Assembly (NCBI GenBank): GCA_040003335.1
Contig: JBDUCS010000001.1
Location: 1 to 38,610, forward strand
Direction: 5' to 3'
Length of the DNA: 38,610 bases
Source of the DNA: Gemmatimonadaceae bacterium
Lineage (GTDB): Bacteria; Gemmatimonadota; Gemmatimonadetes; Gemmatimonadales; Gemmatimonadaceae
Part shown: positions 17,319 through 24,471 of the stretch, piece after piece
Position numbering within the stretch: the stretch's first letter is position 1
Layout of the letters: each line of letters starts with the position of its first letter
Program-made: the position numbers and the translations under genes
Notes under the pieces: generated by a model
What the model saw: only the letters and a program-made list of their open reading frames with translations
Databases searched by the model: none
What the model was told of the DNA's origin: nothing

Positions 17319-18979
17319 TGGTTGATCAGCTCCAGCAAGAGCGTCTTCACGCGCGGATCGTTCGACTGGCCGAGCCAGAAAATCGCCTTCTTGCGCAGCT
17401 CCTTGTTCTGCTCGTGCTTCGCGATGTCGATCAGCTTGTCGGCGGCAGAGGACTCGCGCCGCTGCGAGAGCGCGAAGATCACTTGCTCCTTGATCTCCTG
17501 CTCCTTGAGCCCGTCGTACATCGCCGCGATGTCGCCGACCGACGTGCGTTTCTGCTGGCCGAGCCAGAAGATCGATTTCTTGCGCACCTCGAGCGGCTGC
17601 TTCGCGTCGGCGACCAGACCGACGAGCCACTTCCGGTCGTCCTCATTGCCGTTCTGCGCCACACCCATAATGACCTTCTCGCGCAGGTCGTCGCTCGACA
17701 GCTTGGTGTACAGCTCGCGAAGGAACGCCGAGGTCTCCGGCGAGCGGCGGCCGTTGCCGATCCAGAAGATCGCCTGACCGCGCAGCTCCTCGGAGGTGCC
17801 GTTCGACATCGCGAAGTCGCGCAAGAGCTGTTGCGCCCGCGGACTCTGGTGCTGCGACAGCGCGAAGATCGCTTTGTCCTGCAGCTGTGCGTCCTTCGAG
17901 TTGTGGAGCACCGAGTCGAGCGCGGCGAGCGTGCGCTCGCTCGGCACCTGCGACATCCAGAACACCGCGTCGCCACGCACGTCGCCGTCGGGATCGCGTC
18001 GTGCGACATCGAGCAGAATGTCGGCGGTCTCGTCGCTGTGCTTCTGCGCGACGAGGAAGACCGCCTTTTTGCGCAGCGGCTGCGAGCACTCGTCGCGCCG
18101 CGCCAGCACCGTCTTGAGAATCGGGAGCGCGCGCTCGGCGTCCATCTGCATCAGCGCGTTGAGCGCGGCGACCCGCACATCATCGTCGTCGTCGCCCGAC
18201 GGGCAGCCGGCGCTCGCGCTGCCACCGCGCCCACGGCCCTTCCCTTCACCGCGCCCCTTGCCCGTCGCCTGTTCGGCGACGTTCTCGGCGGCGCTCGCGT
18301 CGCCCTGCTTGGCGAGCGCGCCCTCGACACGCGTCAACAGCACGCCGGCGTCGCCGGCGACGGTCGCCTTAGCATGACGACGGCGCAGCGAGCGCAGCAC
18401 GTCCGTGGCGGTGCGCAGATTGTCTTCATCACCCGTGCGGAAGAGCGCAAAGGCCTCGAAGTACATCGCGTCGGCCGCGTACTGCGACTGCGGGTAGCGC
18501 TCGCTCACGCGATGAAAGAGCTCGGCCGCGCGCTTGAAGTCGTCGCGGTTGAGCGCCTCGCGCGCCGCGCGGTACAGGGAATCGGCCGGATCGTCGGGAT
18601 GCCGCTCGACGCGCGGCAGCCGCACCCGTGCGCCACGCGCGCCCATCCCACCGAAACCGCTGATGCCACTGAGCCCGCTCCACCCACTCAGCCCACTGAG
18701 CCCGTCGCCGATCGCGCCGAGCGACTCGAGCGACGAGAGGGACTCGAGCGAGGAGAGCGAGGAGAGCGAGGAGAGCGAGGAGAGCGACGAGAGGTCGACT
18801 GCCTGGGCGAGATCGCCGAGCGATGCGAGCTGCTTCAGGCTCGCCAGGTCGAGACGGCTGACATCGGCGCCGAGCCGCTCGGCCGCGCGCGCCAGATCGT
18901 CGACGCGAACGGTGCCACGTTGCGCCGGCATCGGCGTCGCGAGTGTCGCCATCGCGGCGACGAGATAGAAGGTCTTCAT
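17315..18979 (-). CDS. Secreted protein (554 aa): Ser/Leu low-complexity region, TPR-like segment and about 9 HEAT-like repeats
   Basis: Signal peptide MKTFYLVAAMATLATPMPAQ. GGGAGAG lies upstream of the ATG at 18979. The TPR-like segment YRAAREALNRDDFKRAAELFHRVSERYPQSQYAADAMYFEAFALF is followed by repeats carrying AVFWMSQ, AIFALSQ, SIFWLGQ, VIFALSQ and AIFWLGQ. Confidence 0.85.
   Translation of the reverse strand: MKTFYLVAAMATLATPMPAQRGTVRVDDLARAAERLGADVSRLDLASLKQLASLGDLAQAVDLSSLSSLSSLSSLSSLESLSSLESLGAIGDGLSGLSGWSGLSGISGFGGMGARGARVRLPRVERHPDDPADSLYRAAREALNRDDFKRAAELFHRVSERYPQSQYAADAMYFEAFALFRTGDEDNLRTATDVLRSLRRRHAKATVAGDAGVLLTRVEGALAKQGDASAAENVAEQATGKGRGEGKGRGRGGSASAGCPSGDDDDDVRVAALNALMQMDAERALPILKTVLARRDECSQPLRKKAVFLVAQKHSDETADILLDVARRDPDGDVRGDAVFWMSQVPSERTLAALDSVLHNSKDAQLQDKAIFALSQHQSPRAQQLLRDFAMSNGTSEELRGQAIFWIGNGRRSPETSAFLRELYTKLSSDDLREKVIMGVAQNGNEDDRKWLVGLVADAKQPLEVRKKSIFWLGQQKRTSVGDIAAMYDGLKEQEIKEQVIFALSQRRESSAADKLIDIAKHEQNKELRKKAIFWLGQSNDPRVKTLLLELINQ
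18748..18792 (-). repeat. In-frame 9-bp tandem repeat (gcgaggaga: four perfect copies plus one imperfect) encoding an SLS/SLE run
   Basis: Read directly on the + strand. On the coding strand it gives SSLSSLSSLSSLSSLESLSSLESL. Confidence 0.85.
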
Positions 18980-18993
18980 GGTCGTACTCTCCC

Positions 18994-19809
18994 TCAGCTG
19001 CCCACCGGCACGCGGCCGGCGGGGATGGTCGTACGAATGCGAGTCAGGACGTCGTGTCGGCTGATGGCCTGCTCGATCAGGTCGAAGTCAGTGGTGTCGC
19101 GAATGCCCCCGGGTCCGGGGAGACGCGCGATCTGCGCGAGCACGAGCTCGAGATCGCCGAGGAGCCGCTTGAGCTGCGGGTCGTCGCCGGCCGGCGAGTC
19201 GAGCAAGAGTTGCGTGTTGCCCAACAGGTCGCGGGCCCACTTGGCGACGTGCGCGTCGATCTGTCCGGCGCGCGCGTTGGAGCGGACGGTGGTGAGGAGC
19301 GCCTCGGTCTGCCCGAGATGCTGGAGCGTGGCCAAGCGGTACGGCAGCGCCGCGGCCGCGTCGATCTCCACGGGCGTGCGTTGGTCGACGCTGGAGACGA
19401 CGCGCTGCTCGCCGGCGCGATCGGTGCGCGGAGAGCGCGTGCCGGTCGAGTAGTCGTTGGGCACGTTCGGCGCGTGTGGCGCGCTGGACGTGGCAGTCCT
19501 CGTGCCGCGCGTCGTGCCGGCGCCCGTCGCGACGCTCGGCGTCGCGATCGCTCCGCCGGTCGACCGCCGGCCGAGCGCCACGCCGATCGCCAGCATCGCG
19601 GCCATGCCGGCGGCGATCGCCGTCCACCGCAGGAGGTGCGGGCGGCGCGCGCTCGCGATCGGCACCACGGTCGCGCCGCGCTGCGCGCCGCGCGCCGCAT
19701 CGATGCGCGCCCACATCTCGGCGCGCGGTGTCGCCGGCGGCGCGTTGTAGTCGCGCGCGGCGATGCGAAGGAAGTCGTCGAATTTGTCGTCGTTCTGTGT
19801 GTCGCTCAT
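18994..19809 (-). CDS. Single-pass anti-sigma factor (no zinc-binding motif) with helical periplasmic domain
   Basis: ORF 18994..20142 trimmed to the ATG at 19809, which overlaps the sigma gene TGA (ATGA). One TM segment, LLRWTAIAAGMAAMLAIGVAL. The position immediately after an ECF sigma gene supports the call. No HxxxCxxC motif seen. Confidence 0.7.
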   Translation of the reverse strand: MSDTQNDDKFDDFLRIAARDYNAPPATPRAEMWARIDAARGAQRGATVVPIASARRPHLLRWTAIAAGMAAMLAIGVALGRRSTGGAIATPSVATGAGTTRGTRTATSSAPHAPNVPNDYSTGTRSPRTDRAGEQRVVSSVDQRTPVEIDAAAALPYRLATLQHLGQTEALLTTVRSNARAGQIDAHVAKWARDLLGNTQLLLDSPAGDDPQLKRLLGDLELVLAQIARLPGPGGIRDTTDFDLIEQAISRHDVLTRIRTTIPAGRVPVGS

Positions 19810-20348
19810 GATGCCCACTCCCCGGCGAAATCGGCCAATGCGTCCCGCAGCTTGGCCCGTGCCCGCGACAACTGCGCCTTGCTCGTCCCTTCTTGGACGC
19901 CGAGCGCCGTCGCGATCTCTTCGTGCGTGTAGCCTTCCACGTCGTGCATGATGAACACCGTTCTGTAGCCATCGGGCAGCGCGTTGATCGCTTGCCGCAG
20001 CCGCACCTTCAAGTCCGGCTCGGCACGCCGCGATACGCCCGTCACCGCGTCGGCCGCGGAGATGTCCGTCTCGCGCGCGTTGATCCGCTTCACTTTCTTG
20101 AGCGCGTTGAGCGTCACGCTCGCCGCGATCGTGTGCATCCACGTGCCGAAGCTCGAATCGCCGCGAAATTCATCCAGCCGTCCGAACGCGCGAACGAACG
20201 CGTCCTGCGTGCACTCCTGCGCCAGCGCATCGTCGCCCGTGAGCCGAAACGCGAGGCGGTACACGCGGTCGACGTGCGTGTCGTAGAGCTCGCGTTCGGC
20301 CGCCGCGTCGCCGGAGCGAACGCGCGCGAGCAGGAGGTGTTGATCCAC
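19806..20348 (-). CDS. ECF (group IV) RNA polymerase sigma-70 factor
   Basis: 180 aa with a GTG start. Region 2: ERELYDTHVDRVYRLAFRLTGDDALAQECTQDAFVRAF. Region 4: LPDGYRTVFIMHDVEGYTHEEIATALGVQEGTSKAQLSRARAKLR. Confidence 0.9.
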   Translation of the reverse strand: MDQHLLLARVRSGDAAAERELYDTHVDRVYRLAFRLTGDDALAQECTQDAFVRAFGRLDEFRGDSSFGTWMHTIAASVTLNALKKVKRINARETDISAADAVTGVSRRAEPDLKVRLRQAINALPDGYRTVFIMHDVEGYTHEEIATALGVQEGTSKAQLSRARAKLRDALADFAGEWAS

Positions 20349-20396
20349 TCAGTCCAGTCTCTCGAGACTCGGTGCTCGTTCTTGCTTCGACCCTCT

Positions 20397-20423
20397 GACA
20401 GCGCCGTCCCCGCAAAGGGTTGC
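20397..20423 (-). promoter_or_regulatory. Possible ECF-type promoter (GCAAC-N19-GTC) upstream of the sigma gene
   Basis: Minus-strand gcaac (20423..20419) and gtc (20399..20397). Weak match, with spacing at the long end of the range known for ECF promoters. Confidence 0.2.
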
Positions 20424-20514
20424 GCGAACGCTGGCGCTGGAGCTCGGCGCATCGAAAGTTGCACGCATCGCGCACCGGCGGGCAGGGAGTCGCGGCCCGC
20501 AGGGCAACCGCCCG

Positions 20515-20542
20515 GAACACCGAACACCGATCACCGTTCACC
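20515..20542 (+). repeat. Heptanucleotide tandem repeat, four units (gaacacc gaacacc gatcacc gttcacc)
   Basis: Read directly. It ends 6 nt before the cobB ATG at 20549, in a leader without a Shine-Dalgarno. Confidence 0.8.
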
Positions 20543-20548
20543 ACGACG

Positions 20549-21316
20549 ATGGTACTCGAATCCGCTCGCGCTCTCCTCTTGGCCGCCCGTCGAATCGCCG
20601 TGCTCACGGGTGCGGGGGTCAGCGCCGAGTCGGGCGTGCCGACGTTTCGCGGCGCCGGCGGGCTCTGGAAGGGATTCCGCGCCGAGGATCTGGCGACGCC
20701 CGGCGCGTTCGCGCGCGATCCGCGGGCGGTGTGGGAGTGGTATGCGTGGCGCCGCACGCTGATCGACGCCTGCCGCCCCAACGCCGCGCACGAGGCGCTG
20801 GCGCGCCTCGCGCTCGACCGCGCTGGCGCGGTCACGATCATCACGCAAAACGTGGACGGCCTGCACGGCGCCGCCGCGCACGCCGCGGCGACAGAGCGGG
20901 CGGCCGAGTCGATGTCGGCGATGCCGCTCGAGCTGCACGGTTCGATCTTCGAGCTTCGTTGCACGCGCTGCGATTGGGTGGCCGAGCATCGCAGCTCGAT
21001 CGACGCATCGTCCGATGCCACGCTCCCCCGCTGCGCGCGATGCGGCGCACGCGCGCGGCCGGGCGTCGTCTGGTTCGGCGAGTCACTGGATGAGCGGCGT
21101 CTGGCGGCGGCACGCGAGGCGTGCGCGACCGCGGACGTCGCGCTGGTCGTCGGCACGAGCGGCGTTGTGCACCCGGCGGCCGGCCTCGCCCTCGTCGCGG
21201 CGCTCGCCGGTGGCGCGGTGATCGAGGTCAATCCGGACGAGACGCCGCTCTCGCACGCTGCCGCCGTCGTCATTCGCGCCAGCGCCGCGGCGACGCTGCC
21301 GGCCCTGCTCGCTTAG
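20549..21316 (+). CDS. cobB: NAD-dependent protein deacylase (sirtuin, CobB type)
   Basis: ORF 20420..21316 trimmed to the ATG at 20549. Motifs: GAGVSAESGVPTFRG, TQNVDGLH, LELHGS, Zn ribbon CTRC...CARCG, VVWFGE, VVGTSGVV. Confidence 0.88.
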   Translation: MVLESARALLLAARRIAVLTGAGVSAESGVPTFRGAGGLWKGFRAEDLATPGAFARDPRAVWEWYAWRRTLIDACRPNAAHEALARLALDRAGAVTIITQNVDGLHGAAAHAAATERAAESMSAMPLELHGSIFELRCTRCDWVAEHRSSIDASSDATLPRCARCGARARPGVVWFGESLDERRLAAAREACATADVALVVGTSGVVHPAAGLALVAALAGGAVIEVNPDETPLSHAAAVVIRASAAATLPALLA

Positions 21317-21408
21317 CGGCCTCCGACCGGCATGGATGCCGTGCGATGCCGGCGCCGAAGGCCGCACGGATCAATCCCCGTTCGCGCCGCAACATCCGCA
21401 GGAACGGA

Positions 21409-21436
21409 TTGACCAGCCAGAAGTATCTTCTATGTT
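21409..21436 (+). promoter_or_regulatory. Candidate sigma70-type promoter in the most AT-rich patch of the window, upstream of the Lrp/AsnC gene
   Basis: ttgacc (21409..21414), 16-nt spacer, tatgtt (21431..21436). The AT-rich tract 21421..21480 follows, as is typical for Lrp-family autoregulatory regions. Confidence 0.35.
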
Positions 21437-21483
21437 ATCCAGTGAATTCAGAACGTCATTCGGCATTTCCTCGATATCGGCGA

Positions 21484-21969
21484 ATGATCGACACGACTGA
21501 TCGCAAGCTCCTCGCCGCGCTGCAGCGCGATGCACGCGTCTCCAACGCCGAGCTGGCACGGATGGTCGGGCTCGCGCCGTCGGCTGTCTTCGAGCGAGTG
21601 AAAAAGCTCGAGCAGCGCGGCCTCATCGCCGGCTACGCCGCCCGCCTCGACCCACGCGCGCTTGGCGCCTCGCTCCTGGCCTACGTCTTCGTGCGGAGCG
21701 ACGAGCACGCCGGCAAGCTCGGCATCGCCAAACGGCTCGCGGCGATCCCCGAGGTGCAGGAGGTCCACCACGTCGCCGGCGAGGACTGCTACCTGATCAA
21801 GGTGCGCACGGCGAACACCGAGTCGCTCGGCGCGCTGCTGCGCGAGAAGATCGGCGCGTTCGCGGCCGTGCGCTCGACGCGGACCACGATCGTGCTCGAC
21901 ACCGTGAAGGAGACGCTGGCGATTCCGGTTCCGGCCGCATCCAAGGAAGGCCGCCGTGGGCGCCGCTGA
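21484..21969 (+). CDS. Lrp/AsnC family transcriptional regulator
   Basis: ORF 21121..21969 trimmed to the ATG at 21484. HTH: DRKLLAALQRDARVSNAELARMVGLAPSAVFERVKKLEQRGLI. It is followed by an AsnC-type ligand domain: EVQEVHHVAGEDCYLIKVR. Confidence 0.88.
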   Translation: MIDTTDRKLLAALQRDARVSNAELARMVGLAPSAVFERVKKLEQRGLIAGYAARLDPRALGASLLAYVFVRSDEHAGKLGIAKRLAAIPEVQEVHHVAGEDCYLIKVRTANTESLGALLREKIGAFAAVRSTRTTIVLDTVKETLAIPVPAASKEGRRGRR

Positions 21970-22867
21970 CCCCAAGCCGTCACGCGCGTCGCTCGTGACG
22001 GCGTTCGCGCTCATCTACGTCATCTGGGGCTCGACCTTTCTCGCGATCCGGTTTGCGATCGAGACGATTCCTCCGTTCCTGATGGCGGGCACGCGCTTCA
22101 TCGTCGCGGGGGGCCTGCTCTATGGCTGGACGCGCCTGCGGGGGGAGCCCACGCCGACACGGCGGCAATGGCGCTCGGCGGCGATCGTCGGCGCGGCGCT
22201 GCTCGTCGGCGGCAACGGCGCCGTGACGTGGTCCGAGCAGCGCGTACCGTCGGGCATCGCCGCGCTCCTCGTCGCACTCATTCCGCTCTGGATGGTGCTC
22301 CTCGACTGGTGGCGGCCGGGCGGCGCGCGACCGACCGGTGGCGTCTTCGCCGGCCTCGCGCTCGGGCTCGCCGGTACGGCATTGCTGGTCAGCGCGGGCG
22401 GGACCGACGCGGCGCACATCGATCGGCTCGGCGTCGTCGTGCTCGCCGTAGGCTCGCTGTCGTGGGCCTTCGGCTCGCTCTTCGCGCGCGGCGCCGACCT
22501 CCCGCGCTCCCCGCTCGTCGCCGACGCCGCCGAGATGCTGGCCGGCGGCGTGATTTTATTCGGGCTCGCGTTCGCGACGGGCGAGCATCGCGGCTTTTCG
22601 CTCGCCGCCGTCACCATGCGATCGTCGATCAGTCTCGTGTACCTGATCACGTTCGGCGCGATCGTCGGCTTCAGCGCGTACACGTTTCTGATTCGCTCGA
22701 CGACACCCACGCTGGTGTCGACCTATGCGTATGTGAATCCGGTGGTCGCGGTCTTTCTGGGCTGGGCGTTTGCCAACGAGCCGGTCACCACTCGCACGCT
22801 TGCCGCGGCGGCGGTGATTCTCGCCGGCGTTGCCATGATCACGATTTCGCGAGCGGTAAGAAGCTAG
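21956..22867 (+). CDS. EamA/DMT superfamily transporter
   Basis: 303 aa with about 10 hydrophobic segments. N-terminus FALIYVIWGSTFLAIRFAIETIPPFLMAGTRF is typical of EamA. The GTG start overlaps the Lrp gene by 14 nt. Confidence 0.85.
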   Translation: MGAADPKPSRASLVTAFALIYVIWGSTFLAIRFAIETIPPFLMAGTRFIVAGGLLYGWTRLRGEPTPTRRQWRSAAIVGAALLVGGNGAVTWSEQRVPSGIAALLVALIPLWMVLLDWWRPGGARPTGGVFAGLALGLAGTALLVSAGGTDAAHIDRLGVVVLAVGSLSWAFGSLFARGADLPRSPLVADAAEMLAGGVILFGLAFATGEHRGFSLAAVTMRSSISLVYLITFGAIVGFSAYTFLIRSTTPTLVSTYAYVNPVVAVFLGWAFANEPVTTRTLAAAAVILAGVAMITISRAVRS

Positions 22868-23039
22868 GGTCTTGGGGCTTTGGGCTAGGAACCGTTGGAC
22901 TTGTCCCCGAGTTCGCAGCGCCGAGATGCGGTCGGCGGCGGACGGATGACGCAACCGATCGGAATCCGCACTATTTTGCCCAACAGGGGGGCGGGCCCCC
23001 GCGTGAGCACGTGGGCGGTTCCCTGGCCGCCCCCAAGTC

Positions 23040-23957
23040 CTACCCCCTAGCTTTCTGCCCCACCAGATCCTCGAGCAGCCGCGAGTAGCTCTCGTATCGC
23101 GCCGCACTGATCTGCCCCTGCTCCACCGCGGTTCGCACCCCGCAATCCGGCTCCACCAAGTGTCGGCAGTCCCCGAACCGACACTCGCCGAGAAAGGGAC
23201 GGAACTCGATGAAGCACGCCGCGAGATCGTTCGCGTCGAGTCCCCACGTCCCCACTTCGCGCAGCCCCGGCGTGTCCATCACGTAGCCGCCGTTCGGGAG
23301 CGGGTGCATCTCGGCACCGACCGTCGTGTGGCGACCCTTGTTCACCGATTCGGAGATCTCACCGACGCGCAGATCGAGCCCCGGATAAATCGAGTTCAGC
23401 AGCGACGACTTCCCGACGCCCGACGGTCCCGTGAGCGCCGACACGCGTCCGGCCAACATATCGCGCAGCTCGTCGAGACCGGCACGCGTCTTCACGCTCG
23501 TATAGTGCACCGGATAGCCGATGCGCTCGTACTCGCCGAAGCGCGCCTGCGCCGCGCCATTGGCGACCAGCTCCACCTTGTTGACGACGATACGGGCCGG
23601 GATCTCGTTCGCCGCGGCAATGACGAGAAAGCGGTCGAGCATCCGCTCGTGCGGATCCGGCTTCGCGGCCGCGAAGACGACGATGACCTCGTCGATGTTC
23701 GCCGCAACGACGCGCTCGCCGTACGCGGTCCCCGGCGCGCGCCGCGCCAGCACGCTCCGCCGCGGAAGAATCGCCGAGATCGCCCAGCTGGCGCCATCGA
23801 CGCCCTCGATCTCCACGTCGTCGCCGACGGCCAGCTTCAGCGACTCGCCCTCGTTCTGCTTGAGCCGTCCGCGCATCGCGGCCTGTCGGATCTCGCCATC
23901 GGCAAGTCGCACATGCCACACACCGCCGGTGCCTTTGAGCACCGTTGCGCGGCTCAC
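23040..23957 (-). CDS. rsgA: Ribosome small-subunit-dependent GTPase A
   Basis: OB-fold N-terminus, circularly permuted GTPase (NKVELV, LTGPSGVGKSSLLN, DTPGLRE) and Zn finger CRFGDCRHLVEPDCGV. Start chosen at GTG 23957, which has GAAGGA 6 nt upstream and a GTGA overlap with the upstream stop. The ORF track start at 23981 is the alternative. Confidence 0.88.
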   Translation of the reverse strand: MSRATVLKGTGGVWHVRLADGEIRQAAMRGRLKQNEGESLKLAVGDDVEIEGVDGASWAISAILPRRSVLARRAPGTAYGERVVAANIDEVIVVFAAAKPDPHERMLDRFLVIAAANEIPARIVVNKVELVANGAAQARFGEYERIGYPVHYTSVKTRAGLDELRDMLAGRVSALTGPSGVGKSSLLNSIYPGLDLRVGEISESVNKGRHTTVGAEMHPLPNGGYVMDTPGLREVGTWGLDANDLAACFIEFRPFLGECRFGDCRHLVEPDCGVRTAVEQGQISAARYESYSRLLEDLVGQKARG

Positions 23958-24340
23958 GCCTCGTCCTTCATCACGTCCCACCAGCGTCGCGACGAGCCAC
24001 CCGACGCCTCGCGCACCAGCGCGTACAACAGTGCCTTGATCTCGGCGAGCGGCATCGCGCCGACGGCGCGAACGACATCGCCCTCGCTCGCGCCTCGCGC
24101 CAGGAAATCAGTCTCGAGATGCCCCTCGACCTTCTGCTCGCCGACGCGCGCCCAGCGCAGAAAGAGCACGTACGCACCCACCGGCGCCGCCGCATCGCCC
24201 GTCTCATCCGTGGCGATCTCGACGCTGTACGACATCCCGTCCGGCCCCTCGAACGCCACCGGCCGCGCGTGCACCGCCGCGTATCCGCCAACGGTCGACT
24301 CGTCACCCTTGGTGGGATCGGGAGGAATGAAGCGGCCCAT
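23954..24340 (-). CDS. Hypothetical protein (128 aa), translationally coupled to rsgA
   Basis: ORF with an ATG start and a coding-like amino acid composition. Its stop overlaps the rsgA GTG. I recognise no family. Confidence 0.6.
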   Translation of the reverse strand: MGRFIPPDPTKGDESTVGGYAAVHARPVAFEGPDGMSYSVEIATDETGDAAAPVGAYVLFLRWARVGEQKVEGHLETDFLARGASEGDVVRAVGAMPLAEIKALLYALVREASGGSSRRWWDVMKDEA

Positions 24341-24471
24341 GTGCGGTTATCGGCGCTCGATGTTCGGCGATCGGTTGTCAGGCGAACCCTGATCGATTGA
24401 CGGATGCCGCGCGCCGAGAAGATGGGAGAGCCCGAACGCTGAACAGCGTGCGCCCGGTGGGCACCCGCCGA

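Noticed and set aside
17318-19453. 711-aa plus-strand ORF antisense to the HEAT-like genes and the anti-sigma gene
   Set aside because: The product is Arg/Leu/Glu/Ala low-complexity with no motifs. It spans three well-supported minus-strand genes and their junctions. It is a GC-composition artefact.
20549-21316. Sir2-domain protein as a possible anti-phage defence gene (Thoeris/DSR-like)
   Set aside because: It has the full CobB-type deacylase motif set and Zn ribbon. It is of normal size, has no fused or adjacent sensor or effector partner, and sits in a housekeeping context next to Lrp/EamA.
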